From Podarcis liolepis (Eukaryota): a stretch of 64,000 bases of DNA. The stretch's first letter is position 1. Every line of letters starts with the position of its first letter. The stretch is taken from NCBI GenBank assembly GCA_965112155.1, contig OZ218101.1. The stretch is one strand, 5' to 3'. Positions 24,801-36,800 of this stretch are shown piece after piece. Under the pieces are notes generated by a model. That model was not told where the DNA came from. It ran no database searches and was given only the letters and a program-made list of their open reading frames with translations. The position numbers and the translations under genes are program-made.

Positions 24801-27800
24801 TCAATGTCTTCTAGCTGTAGCTTTAAGTCAATTTGTGGGGGTTTCATTACCTCAATGGCGGCTTTGTTCTTGAAGCTGAGTTCCGTTGCCGTGCTTGCTG
24901 TCGCTGAGATCTCTGCTAAGTTGCTTGCCTATTTAGCAAGTTGGAAGACTTCATCCAATTTCTGATGAGGTTAGGAGACAAGGGTTGCTATGGTGCTGGA
25001 CTTGCTCTGCTCAGGTTCTCCTCTATATCCACATTTTTCCTTCCTAAATCTCATTCTGGGGTAACTCTGGGAGGCAGAAATGATGGGGAAAGTAGGTCCA
25101 AATACCTTTTCTGTTCCCGTGCAGCCTATGTGGCATATCATATCTGGGAATCTTTTCTTTTTTCTTGCATTTATAGCTAACAATTGCATACTTAAGACTA
25201 ATAATCCCAGGGCACAAAGGGTCATCAGGGTTAAGACACCATCTTGCAATGATGATTTCGCCATCCTCCAAATTTACAATTTCTATTTCATTTACAGAAA
25301 ACAAAGTGGGCAAAAGGTCAGGAAAGAAACAGAGGCTGAGGCCCATTCAACATCAAGTCTCACCGGCTTGTATCAAATCTGGATGGTGTAGACACAAGCA
25401 CATTTGGTTATTTTAAGTAAAACCGGCATAACATTCAAGAATAAGCAGCAGGCCACTTGGAGGCCACTACCAAGTAGCATAAACAATTGCTCCCTCTTTT
25501 CTTATTTAAAAACACTTACTGCTTTTAAAATGGAATGGGGATTAAGGTATTCAGAACTCTGTCGCTTAAAACTATGCAACGTGAATACATGGCAGCCTTA
25601 TTACATGTACACTGAGGCTTCAAATGTCACTCATATGGGATGAACACCCAGCAAACAGTGCACTGGAAACCAATCCAATTGTTCTGTGCAGTGTAATTCT
25701 TAATCTCTCAAAGAAGCACGATTACATAGGTTGCCAGTCGATGCCAAATTAAACATTCGGTTTTTCTTGCAGCCCAAAGGAAAACTTAAGCCCAACCCTC
25801 ACTCACATTGACGTAAGATATTAAAACTTACTCTCACCAACTTCTAAACATGGGATGATATAAATGCTTCCTACCAGCTCCTATTACAGCATGCAGAAAT
25901 GACCCAGGAATTCCTGTGGTTATCTGAAACTAAGTTTAATACACAGGGTCAAAGTTGATCTTGTGTTCAAGTAACCATGGGTTGTCCCAATGCAGGTGGT
26001 GACCTGCTTACAATCTCACTTTTCTTAGTGCAGGGGAATGGACATTCAAACAATTCTCACCATAACTCTGGAAATTACTGAGAAGTGCCAAAATTTGACC
26101 AGGTACATTAGAAGCCCCACTTGTTTAAACGTATATTCATAAAGAGTAGTTTTTAACAATGAGTAGGTAGCAAATTATTTAATATGAACATACTAAGAGC
26201 ACCTAACAGGCATGCACAGAAAAATACATATCCAGGGAGGAAGAGATTTAACACAACAGCTAACCTGAAATTTAGCTACACAACTCGAACTGCAAAAGGT
26301 GTACAGTATTCCATCAGGCATTGTGGCTTGATATTGAGGTAAACAGTTTCGCTTACAAAAGTGGCAAACAATCCCCATACCTAAAAGAAAAATGTAGTTT
26401 ACAAATAAAATAAATGCAAATGTACAATGTTATGAATAACAAGTTGGCGTTTCTCAAAATTTGCATCAATGGCTGTGTTCATATCATCTTATCGTGGCTT
26501 AACAAACTGAGTATTTTAGCTGGGAACGCAGCCTCTTTACTACTCAAGCAATCAATCCAGGAAATCTCTATTTTCCCACTTTACTTGAACCAGGAGACTA
26601 CAGTTACCAACTTTGGAAGACACCAGGTGTTCTGAAGCTAGAAACTATAGTTTCTTGGTTCAGATGAAAACAGAATCTATGGTTAATTACAGGCTTCGTA
26701 GTTTATTCACAGTGTTGAAGGAGGAACAAATAAGCCATGTATCATCTTGTTCATATCATGACATTGTAAGATGATCAGATAACCATCTGAACCAGGCCAA
26801 TGTCAAAAGCTTAAATTGTTTTTAAATACAGACATAATTACAAACAATTTTTGTGTAAATCATGCCTCAGTGTATTATTTTGGTGGGGTTACAAAAAATG
26901 TACTTACACTTTTTCAAACAAATTCAACTGATTTTTAACTATCTCCATCTATTTTGCAAGGAAGAACACAGACTGCACTTTTGCTAGCAATGTGTGTTCT
27001 TTGATCATGACTCCAACAATATACCTCTGTCATAAAATAAAAGCTTCACGATGAATTTAAGACAAAAATAGATGCAATGGAAAAATTAAGAGTACATTTT
27101 TTCATTATAAAGAAGTTGTAGCTAAATATTAAAAGTCTAAAGGCATCAAATCTTTATAGCTTTTGTATGTGACCGATAAGTATTGCTAATGTTATTTTAC
27201 GTGCTAAATGTAATCTAGGCATCAACTAATTTAAAATAATTTTTCCCCCCAAAGGAAAATCAGATAGAAAGCATAAGTGAAACAAGAGTCTCCTACTTCG
27301 GATATATTATTTTATCATCATGGATGAAAACACGCCAACCTTTTCACTTACTTTCTGATTTTGCATGTTTTGATTTGTGTGTGTTCATGCATGCAGTTGA
27401 GCAGTATGGCTCCATATGTCCATTAGGTCCTATGCACTGTGTCATGTCAAAAAACCTGCACTGAACTCTGCAACCAGTACAAGCTGTTAATTTGCCATAT
27501 TTCTAAAAAGCAAATAATGAAAAAGTAAAAATAACATTAGTTATGACTCAATCAGATTGTCTTATTACAATAGGCATATAGGAATTTTCTAGTATCCTCT
27601 CAAAAGCTCAGCTACTGTTACAGCAAGGCCAAGTCACCACACACAGGATCCCTATCCACATGTATTTTACAGAATGTAGAACCCACATACAACAGAGATT
27701 AGCACCCACCCATCCCATCTATGCCAGTTCCACCTCATGAACATGCATTCAACATAATCTGCAAATTGTGTCTGCTTATGCAGAGCAATCTGCATATAGG

Positions 27801-30800
27801 CCTGCCCATGCTATTTTTATTCCAGAATGTTTATGGGCAAGGATGACAGGACTTGGGTTCATGTGTGCAGTCTCCCTGTGAATGCAAAGCAGATTTAGAT
27901 TTTTTTAATCACCTACCTAATCTATGTAACTTAATTTTCCCTTTTCATAATTGTCATACACCGAATTAACATTTACTATAACCACTGGCTAATTAGGTAG
28001 GAAATGATCAAAGGCAATTAATTTATTTAGGAGGAAATTCAGTTATAACCCAATATGAAATGACTGACTTGCATGTAAGGGAACAATGTCTACAGGGGAC
28101 AAGACATGCTTTATTTTCCTACCATGGGGTGGCCAGGATGCTGCCCCGCCAGATGTTGCTGGACTAAAGCTCCCATCCCTGATCACTAATCATGCTGGTT
28201 GGGACTGGTGGGAGTTACAGCCCAGCTACAACTTGAAGGCACCATGCTGGGTACCCTGCCCCATGCTATCTAGTACTATAGGAGCAACTCACAGTAATTT
28301 CTGCCTCTGCAACAGGAGCCTCTAAAACCTGTTTTTCACTCTGAAACCACCCAAGAAGTTTTTCCCACCAAGAGAAATGACAGGGAACAATCAAACCTAA
28401 ACCTTAACTTGATCAGTGGAAAATATGATCTTATTTGAGTCTTCTTTAAATACCAATCAACATGTTCTAGATACTTTCTTCTACAAAACACAGCGAAGTT
28501 TCAGACTCATTTAATCCCTGCATGAGTTTGCGCTTGCTTAGGCAACCCATGAAAAAGAAAGTCTTCCTTTAAGATTAGTCAGTCACTGTAGTACTGCTGG
28601 TGATTAATGGGGAATCTAGCTAGAACAGCCATGATTTCATATCTGTACTGAGGATGTTCTGACAGTCTCAAAAGGCCATCTGCTGGCAGCCTTGCTATCA
28701 GAAAGTTGATTTACAGAAGCTGCCTAAATAGTCTGGAGGAAAACGTCCGGTTTCTAGACAAATTGTTTCTTTGTATTAAGTAAGATAGGAATTTAACTGT
28801 GTTTTGTACAGAAACACAGCTTTGAAACGTGCAAAGGGTGTTTCCATAACCATTCCTTAAACAGTGCATCCTCTAGCTGAAAATAAAGTCTTTCACTAAA
28901 AAGAAGGGGCAAGATCTCTTGGGATCTGGAGAAGCAAAGGGAAGCAGAGAGGTTGGTGGACGAGGCCTTCAAGGACAGAGCAGCTTTTCATTCTCAAGGC
29001 GAAAGCTCCTCTGCAGTCCTAGAGGGCATGAGGACAGCACTCTAAGAGGAAATGTTCCATTAGAAGTGACTCATTACTGAGGGGCTAACATATATCCTGT
29101 CACAATGACAATATCCCTATGGGGACAGGCTCCTTGTTGTAGGTAATTCAATCATTAGAGACCAAGATACCTAGATTTCTGGTGGATACAGTGACTTGTC
29201 TGCCTGGTATGAACGTTGCAGGTATCACACAGTCTGGCAAAGTATACTGGGTGGGAACCAATGGTCCACGTTAGCACCACTGACACAGGGGAAGTAGTCA
29301 TATGGTCCTGGAAGTCAAACTTAAGTTGCAAGGCAGGACACTGAAAGTCAGGGCCTCCAGCAGTCTTCTCTGAGATACTACCTGTCCCACATGCGGGGCC
29401 AGCTAGGAAAGCCAAACTGTCTGAAATATGTAAATGAGAAAGTGGCATAAGGCATGGGTGACTGAACCGTAGCCCTCCAGATATTGCTAAACTATAACCC
29501 TCATCAACCAGTGGCCAATGGCTAGGAATGATGGGAGTTGCAACTCAGCAACTTCTGGTGGGCCATGGGATAGTAACTGCTTGTATAGGGAGTTTAGACT
29601 TGTTAGCCACTAGAGAACATTTTGCTACTACCAAAACTGTAGATTGAATCAGAATGTTAGTGCTGAACAGCAAGAATGTGGCAAAGCAGTTTTTATACTG
29701 ACCCCTTGGGGAAAACCAGCAGGAGCTGTGAAGCATCAGTTTCAGGATCCATCACTCCAAGGGAATGAGGGTGATGTTTTTGATGACCCAAATAGGGGTG
29801 GGGTGGAAGTAGGTCATGCAGAGGGGAAGGAGAAACTTATTGATCAACTACTGAAACTGTTGCGGTCAAGAAACTTATTGATCAGCTACTGCAACTGTTG
29901 CGGTCAAGTCTGTTTCTCTCTTTCTCTGTCCAATGGACTCCGCTGTAAAATACAGTGCCGGCACAACAGAATCTCTCCTCATGGAAAATAACCAATGTGC
30001 ATCCTCAGTTCAGTTGTTTCCCCTAAACCTTTTATCTTCATGAAATGGCTACAAGTCACCCAGGTCCACTTCTTTTTATCTGAAACGTGGCAGTGGCCTC
30101 TTCTAAAAAAAGTATCTTCAATTTGTAATGGGATAGGATGTGGGTGAATAAACTGAAGTTCCATCTAGCCACAACAGAAAGGATGGTTGGAAATTTGAAC
30201 AAGCAGCAATCTGGGAAACTGCCTGTTCTGGAAGGGGGAGTCATATCACTCATGTTTGCAGTTTGGAATGCATCTTAGTCCTCCTCAGTTCCAGGATACC
30301 TGGGATGTGCCAGTGGTCCAAAATGCTTTTTAACAGTCTGGGTTGGTAGGCGAACTGCAAAGACCATCCAGAAACTTCAATAGGCCCGTACATTGATGGA
30401 TTTGCGCCACTAGGATTATAACATTTATTTTGAAACAACTTCATTGGTTACCATGATGCTTCTGACACTAATTTAAGGTGGTGGTGACCTTTAGTATCCA
30501 GAATAGTATGACGCTCATGGGCAACCTTTCCCTTTTGAACCCATCATCACCCATAATTACGACTGGCTAAGGAAGCACAGACCCTTATACCAGTGGTTAC
30601 TGACATTAGGTTGACATCTATAAGAAACACTATTTAGTGTGGTGGCTTCAGAATCATGAAATTCCCTCCTCCCAAAAAATGATATGGCATGCCCGTTTCT
30701 GGTGTAAACCACCTTACATTTAAGCACACTTCTGAAAGGCTAGTTGAGGGTTTTTAGCTATCTGTGATATAGAGGGGAGTGAAACCTCATCCAAACCAGA

Positions 30801-33800
30801 TTGAGCACCACCTAGCTGGGCAGACAAACCACCCCCCAACAATATTCATGTCTTCCCTGTACCAAGTTTCAGTTTACTGGCCCTCAGCCACTACAAACCC
30901 ATGCACCGCTCACAATTCCCACTGCCTCAGCTGGATTAGATGAAAAGGAGATGTGAAACTAGGAATCATCAAAATACTGGTGACACCCAATCACCAATCA
31001 GCTCACACCCCCAGATGATCTCTCCCAGTGACTTAGATGTTAAATATAGGAACCATGTAGTAAAAAGTACCAGAGAACTTTGTGTGAAAGTAAGACACTT
31101 TCCCATGGCCTTTTCACAGTTAACTTATTTTGTTTTGTGGGACCCACCTTCTTTTGTTGAATCTATGTTCCCCTTTTTTTTGTTTGAACAATTTTACTTG
31201 TTTTTATAACTGTATTTTTGTAACCCGCACTGCAATCTTGCGGTAAAGGGCGGATAAGAAATCTTATAAATACAGCAAAAAAGCATATGAAAGTTAAGTT
31301 AGATACAGCAATGTGTTTTATACACAGAAGAGCTTTTGGAAGCAGAAAGAGTTAGCCGTGGTGAGAAGATTAAAGGAAGGGAGAAAGTTGCTTACTAAAG
31401 GAACAAAAGAAAAACAAAGGTACAAGCAGTTTTGTAAGTAAGTTTTGTAAGTTTTTTCCTTAAGGTAGGAAAAAAGCCTACAAGCAGAATACGAATTAAG
31501 AATTCAGGTGTTACTTTAAGGGTTCACAGATCTAAACAGCAAATAAAGTAAAGTTACCACTCTCCTGCAAGACTCATTCTGACATCTTTAGAAGCATCTG
31601 ACTACAGAAGATAAGTACTCTATGTATTTGAATTTCAAGTAAATTAAGGCATTAGGCTCTTTCATCTGTTACATTACTGTTTCGTGTGCCTTGAAGATTA
31701 ATATTATTTACTCGTTCAAGCAGACACATAACATGTTCATTAGAGCATTCCTTCTTTTACCACTTTTCACTGTTGCTGCATGTTCCTTTGCTCAAAATGA
31801 AAAGCCTACCTTTTGGCAACAAAGTTTACTTGTTTGATTCTATACAACTACCTTCTCTGAAAAGCGTGACAGATAAGCACTAACAGTTAAAGTAGCAAGC
31901 AGCAAAGAAAGTAAGGAGCAAAAACTAAAAGGACATGCCCTGAATTATCAACCACTGAAGAAAAAGAGATAGAAATCATTGAGGTTTAGCTACCATAAAG
32001 CAATGCAAACAAAACGAGTCAATTACAGACAGCAGCCTAAACTGTCATATTCTGTTTGTGGTCTAAGTGCAGTTTCATGAATTACTTTGCCAGATACAGT
32101 ATTAAAAATATTTGTATTAGAAAACCCATGTGCACTGCAGTGTGTGTCATTCCAAATACACAAAAAGATCATGCGACTGGATTCTGGAAACACATACCAG
32201 AATAAAATCTGTAAACTGCTTCACTCACTTATCTAGTGCAGACACCTTTACTGACGCATGTATTAACACACAGCCGTAATGTCCATCAAGAGTGACTGGT
32301 TAGCAGCTGAAGTGTAAAGAGTGAATGCTCAGCTGTATTGTGATAGGATCTATGGGCAAACTCAGCAAAACCCTCACAGCGACTGACATAAAATGGCAAC
32401 ATGTTCCTTGTGTTACGGAAATGCATTCAGCAAGGCATGTTAAATCATCTTTATAGCATCACTTCTGCAGCACATGCAGGTCTCGGACTTGAACTGCCTC
32501 TCCAACCCATCACCTAATAACCTGGAATTTTTAGATACTTTCTGTATTTCCTTTTTCTCCAAACCGCCCCCCCCCCCATGTTTTCTGCTCCTTTTAGATT
32601 CAATGGCTAAGGAAGCAGTCTGCATGTGTTGTGTGTTTGAGTTTTGGAGATAAAATTGATATTACTTTCCTCTAGGCCTGCTGGATTCTGAACAGACTCC
32701 TGGACCTTTAACAACTGCATGGCTTCTTCTCAGTGACAAATATGGGGAAAAGGAATCAAGACAAAATGTACCTGGCAAAGTTCTCCAGTAAGGTTGCACA
32801 GAAAAAAAAACCCTGCATAGTGCAAGACCAATGCAGCCCTAGGTTTCTGTTATGTTGCAGCAGTGCTTTCAGGCCTACAGTAGCTGGAAATCAATGATAC
32901 AAATGGATGGCCAGTTGAACTCATGTTATCATAATTGAGCTTCTTTCATTTATTGATTTATTTGCTTCATTTCATATCTTCTTAAGCACTGTGTTGTCTT
33001 CCACATTTAACCTTCATTTGTTTCTTCAGATTTTTATTTTTATAATAAAGGGTCTCAACCAAGACTTAACGTTCCGAGATCTTGGGCAGCGTGGTAGTGA
33101 AAGGCCTCTGACAGACCAAAGAGTTCTAGACCAGGGGTCAGCAAACTTTTTCAGGTCCACTGTCCCTCAGACCCTGTGGGGGGCTGGACTATATTTTGAA
33201 AAAATAATGAAAGAATTCCTCTACCCCACAAATAACCCAGAGATGCATTTTAAATAAAAGGACACATTCTACTCATGTAAAAACATGCTGATTCCTCCAC
33301 CGTCTATGGGTCGGATTTAAAAGGCGATTGGGCCAGATCCGGCCCCCGGCCTTAGTTTGCCTACCCATCTAGACAGTCAGAAAACACTGTAGTAAGAGCT
33401 AAAGTTCTGACTCCATGTAAGCCGGCATCACTCTGGGCTCGAGAGAGAGGAAGAGCAGTAAGTAAATAAGCCCTTGTCTGTGGACTAATGCATTTTCAGA
33501 TGGTCCCTGAGACCATACAGAATATAAAGCAAAGTATTGGAGGACTTTCCTAAAGCAAATATAGTGGCAGAAGCATGTTAAGATTCTGCTCGCTTCTGCA
33601 CTTTGATGTGGTTATACTGAAAGCACAAGGTGAAAGGAAAAGTTTTGCTAAGCAGCAAATTGGCATTCCTAGGCTTGCAGATGTTCCAGGACAGCTTGAA
33701 ATGATATGTAACCAATGCAAATCTACTGCCACATAGCAACCCGTCCCTTCTCCTCATGCATTCCAGCACAACCATGTGAACACTTGGAAGGAAGTATGCC

Positions 33801-36800
33801 TTCATATTCCAAGTACTTTTCTCACATGGCACCCATGATGTGGGAAAATATGTCAGTCCTCAAAGAACAACCAAACTAAAATGATGGTCTCTAAAGTCAA
33901 GTTGTAAGCACTTTCAAACTATTTATCCATGAATTCTGTGTTACTAAAGACTACCATAATAAAATTGCACAGGAAAATGTTGAGAGAGAGCAGAACGAGT
34001 GGGAACTGAAACAACTACTTCAAAAAAGTTATTTGTGGAAAAAATTATTTATTTAAACAAAATGTTAAGTAGGTACAAATATTATGTCTATCAGTTTTCC
34101 TACTACATAAAAACCAAATATTTGTTAATACAACTTTTTAGTAGCAAAAAGCAAAGGCAGTTTTGCATAGCCAATTGCGTTTAGGCTAAGCTTTAGGCCC
34201 AGACCAAAAATTTCAAAACAAATGTTTCCAAACGATTGTGTTTTAATATTAAGTGTGAAAATATTTAAACACATTTAACAATACTCACTTATAGTGCCCA
34301 TAGTTGTTTGCTAATATAAGGTATAGTTGTGTTGATTTTTAAGTCAAAAAATTAAAATACTTAAGATGCAATCAGTTTACATTCCTTTATAGTAAATTAA
34401 AATCAGAATAAAGCTAATTCACAAAATGCTAGACAGAGGGTCCACTACTATGGTTCCATCCTTCTATAGTGAAATCCCAAATAATATGTAGGTTATGCTT
34501 ACATAGACCCCAAAAGCCACCAATTTATCAACCATTCTAAACTATGAATTTAAAGCCAAAGCACCAATCTCTTGGTTATTTTTTAAAGTATAGAAGTAAC
34601 TTAGCTTTCTCCATAACAAACCATTTACAATCCAACAGAATGATCCATCCCTTTCCTACACATGGGAAGGGTCCCCAATACACCACTAATACACTCTCCC
34701 CCACCTGGGCCTTGCACTACTGCATATGGAGCCAGGGATACTACAAAATGCCAAGGCATTTTACCTGCAATGGGAAGACTATAAATATCTCCCATAGCCA
34801 GAGAATCATCTTCCCATGCAAGCTACTCACTCTTGGACAACAAACAGCTTATGAGTGGCCCCAAGGAGGACTGAAACCACTAGACTCATTCAAGGGCCTT
34901 TAATTGCAGATTAATGGCCAAGCACATAACAGGAGAGGGATTTATCAGGTTCCAAGTTTTATATGCAGCTAAATATTTGCCCCCACAGCCTTCTACATAA
35001 AGTTAAGTTGTTCATCCATCTCCAAATAAATTCTAAAATATAGGTCCCAAAAACTGCAATGATTCAAATAATATTTTGTAATTTCCTCTACATATATCAC
35101 ACCACCTCACCCTCTTGGGGGAAAAAACATATGGGATGATATGTCAAAAATAGCATGAAATATCTATACAGGTGAAAAAATGTACATGTCACAATAAACT
35201 GATAAGATACAGAGTTGTTATTTGATCACAATTCCATGTTCACTTGGAATTTCAGCAATGCATTATTGATTGTGTGGGAAACTCCCATGTTATTCTTGTA
35301 TCTTTTGGTTTCCTTCATGAAATCTTATTCAAGGCTTCTCCAAGTTTCTCCGTGGCTTCAGTGTGTGCCTATCATTTTTAGTATCTTGAATAACCTATTT
35401 TGACCCTTTTGTTTTGCTGCATAATAAAACAACAAGGCCCATGTTATGTTTCTAGAAGTGCTGTTTACATTTTATAAAATATATATAAGTAGCATCTTAA
35501 AATTAAGAACAGGACAGGCTAATACAAAATGAGATAGAAAATAGAATATTTTTTATTCAGTATAAAGCCTCTCCACTTTAAGAGACTAATTAAGTTACCT
35601 TGTTCCAAGAAAGGAATAGAAAATTCTTCCACACAGTTTAGAATCAACCTAAAAAGCACCTTGATGAAACAATACATTGGCCTGGATCCAGTGTAGAAGA
35701 ATAGTTGCACAAGGAGAACACCCCGCCCCTCTCAAGCCCCCCCCCCCGAAGGTCGAAGGGCATTCAAGAAAGACCTGAGCTTCGGGACTGGCGACTACAG
35801 TGGGAGAGGTTTGGGAGAAATAGTGTGGAGGCATTCGGAGTTATTGTGAGAAAGGAATGAAAAATCCCATATGCACTACCCCTGATGTTCTTTGGACAAA
35901 ATTGTCAGTTCTCATGTTGCTTCAAAGAGCCTGCTATCACAGTCACATATGCAGTAACTGGAGGGATAGGACAAAAAACAAACCCCACTCCTTCTGAAGA
36001 ACCAGCTAGCTACAGCTAGTTACAGCAAGTGCTTTAAGGATCCTTAATGAGAAACATATGGAAGAAGGGATATTTTGTTGGCTGATCTTTTCTTAATTTT
36101 TTAAAAACGAGTGGAAATCTAACATACAGGGCCAAAACCTGTATGTTAAGATCAACCCATGAAATACAGCTTTATTGTGGAAATATGTTTGCCATATCCT
36201 AGACATGCCTCCAAATGAATGAAAAAAGGCCAAGGTTGATTGTGGAGGTGCTACTTCAACCAACATGGGAGTTTCGTGTCCTCAGTTTCACTTTTAAAAT
36301 AAGGAATATGCTTCGAGATGAACAAATGTACACTACTTGTAATACCAAGTATGGTTTCAAAATACACTGGTTAAACAATTTTAAATAAGCTATCACTAAA
36401 TGACAATGGAAGATAAAGAGTTACCTGTTTATATTCACTAACGCAGTTTTGGCAACAGAATCTTTTCGGCTCTCCATCAACCATAAGGATATTGTTTGCT
36501 GCTCCTTTACTTGGCAGGTATTCCCCACAATGCTCACAACAATTCATTATTAAGCCATTTGCCATTCGGTATCGATTGAAGCAGTGGTCACTACACAGCT
36601 TATGTGTCATATTTTTAAAGCTAACCTCATGACGGATCTAAAAGGGGGGAAACAATTTTACTGTAATGAGTTACATGACAGATAACAGCTTTTAAACATA
36701 AATTTGGATTAAAATGTGGAAAATGCAATTTCAGAAATGCAAGCTGCATTTGGTACTTTTGAAACTTAAAAAACAAAAACAAAACAGGAACAGAGGATAC

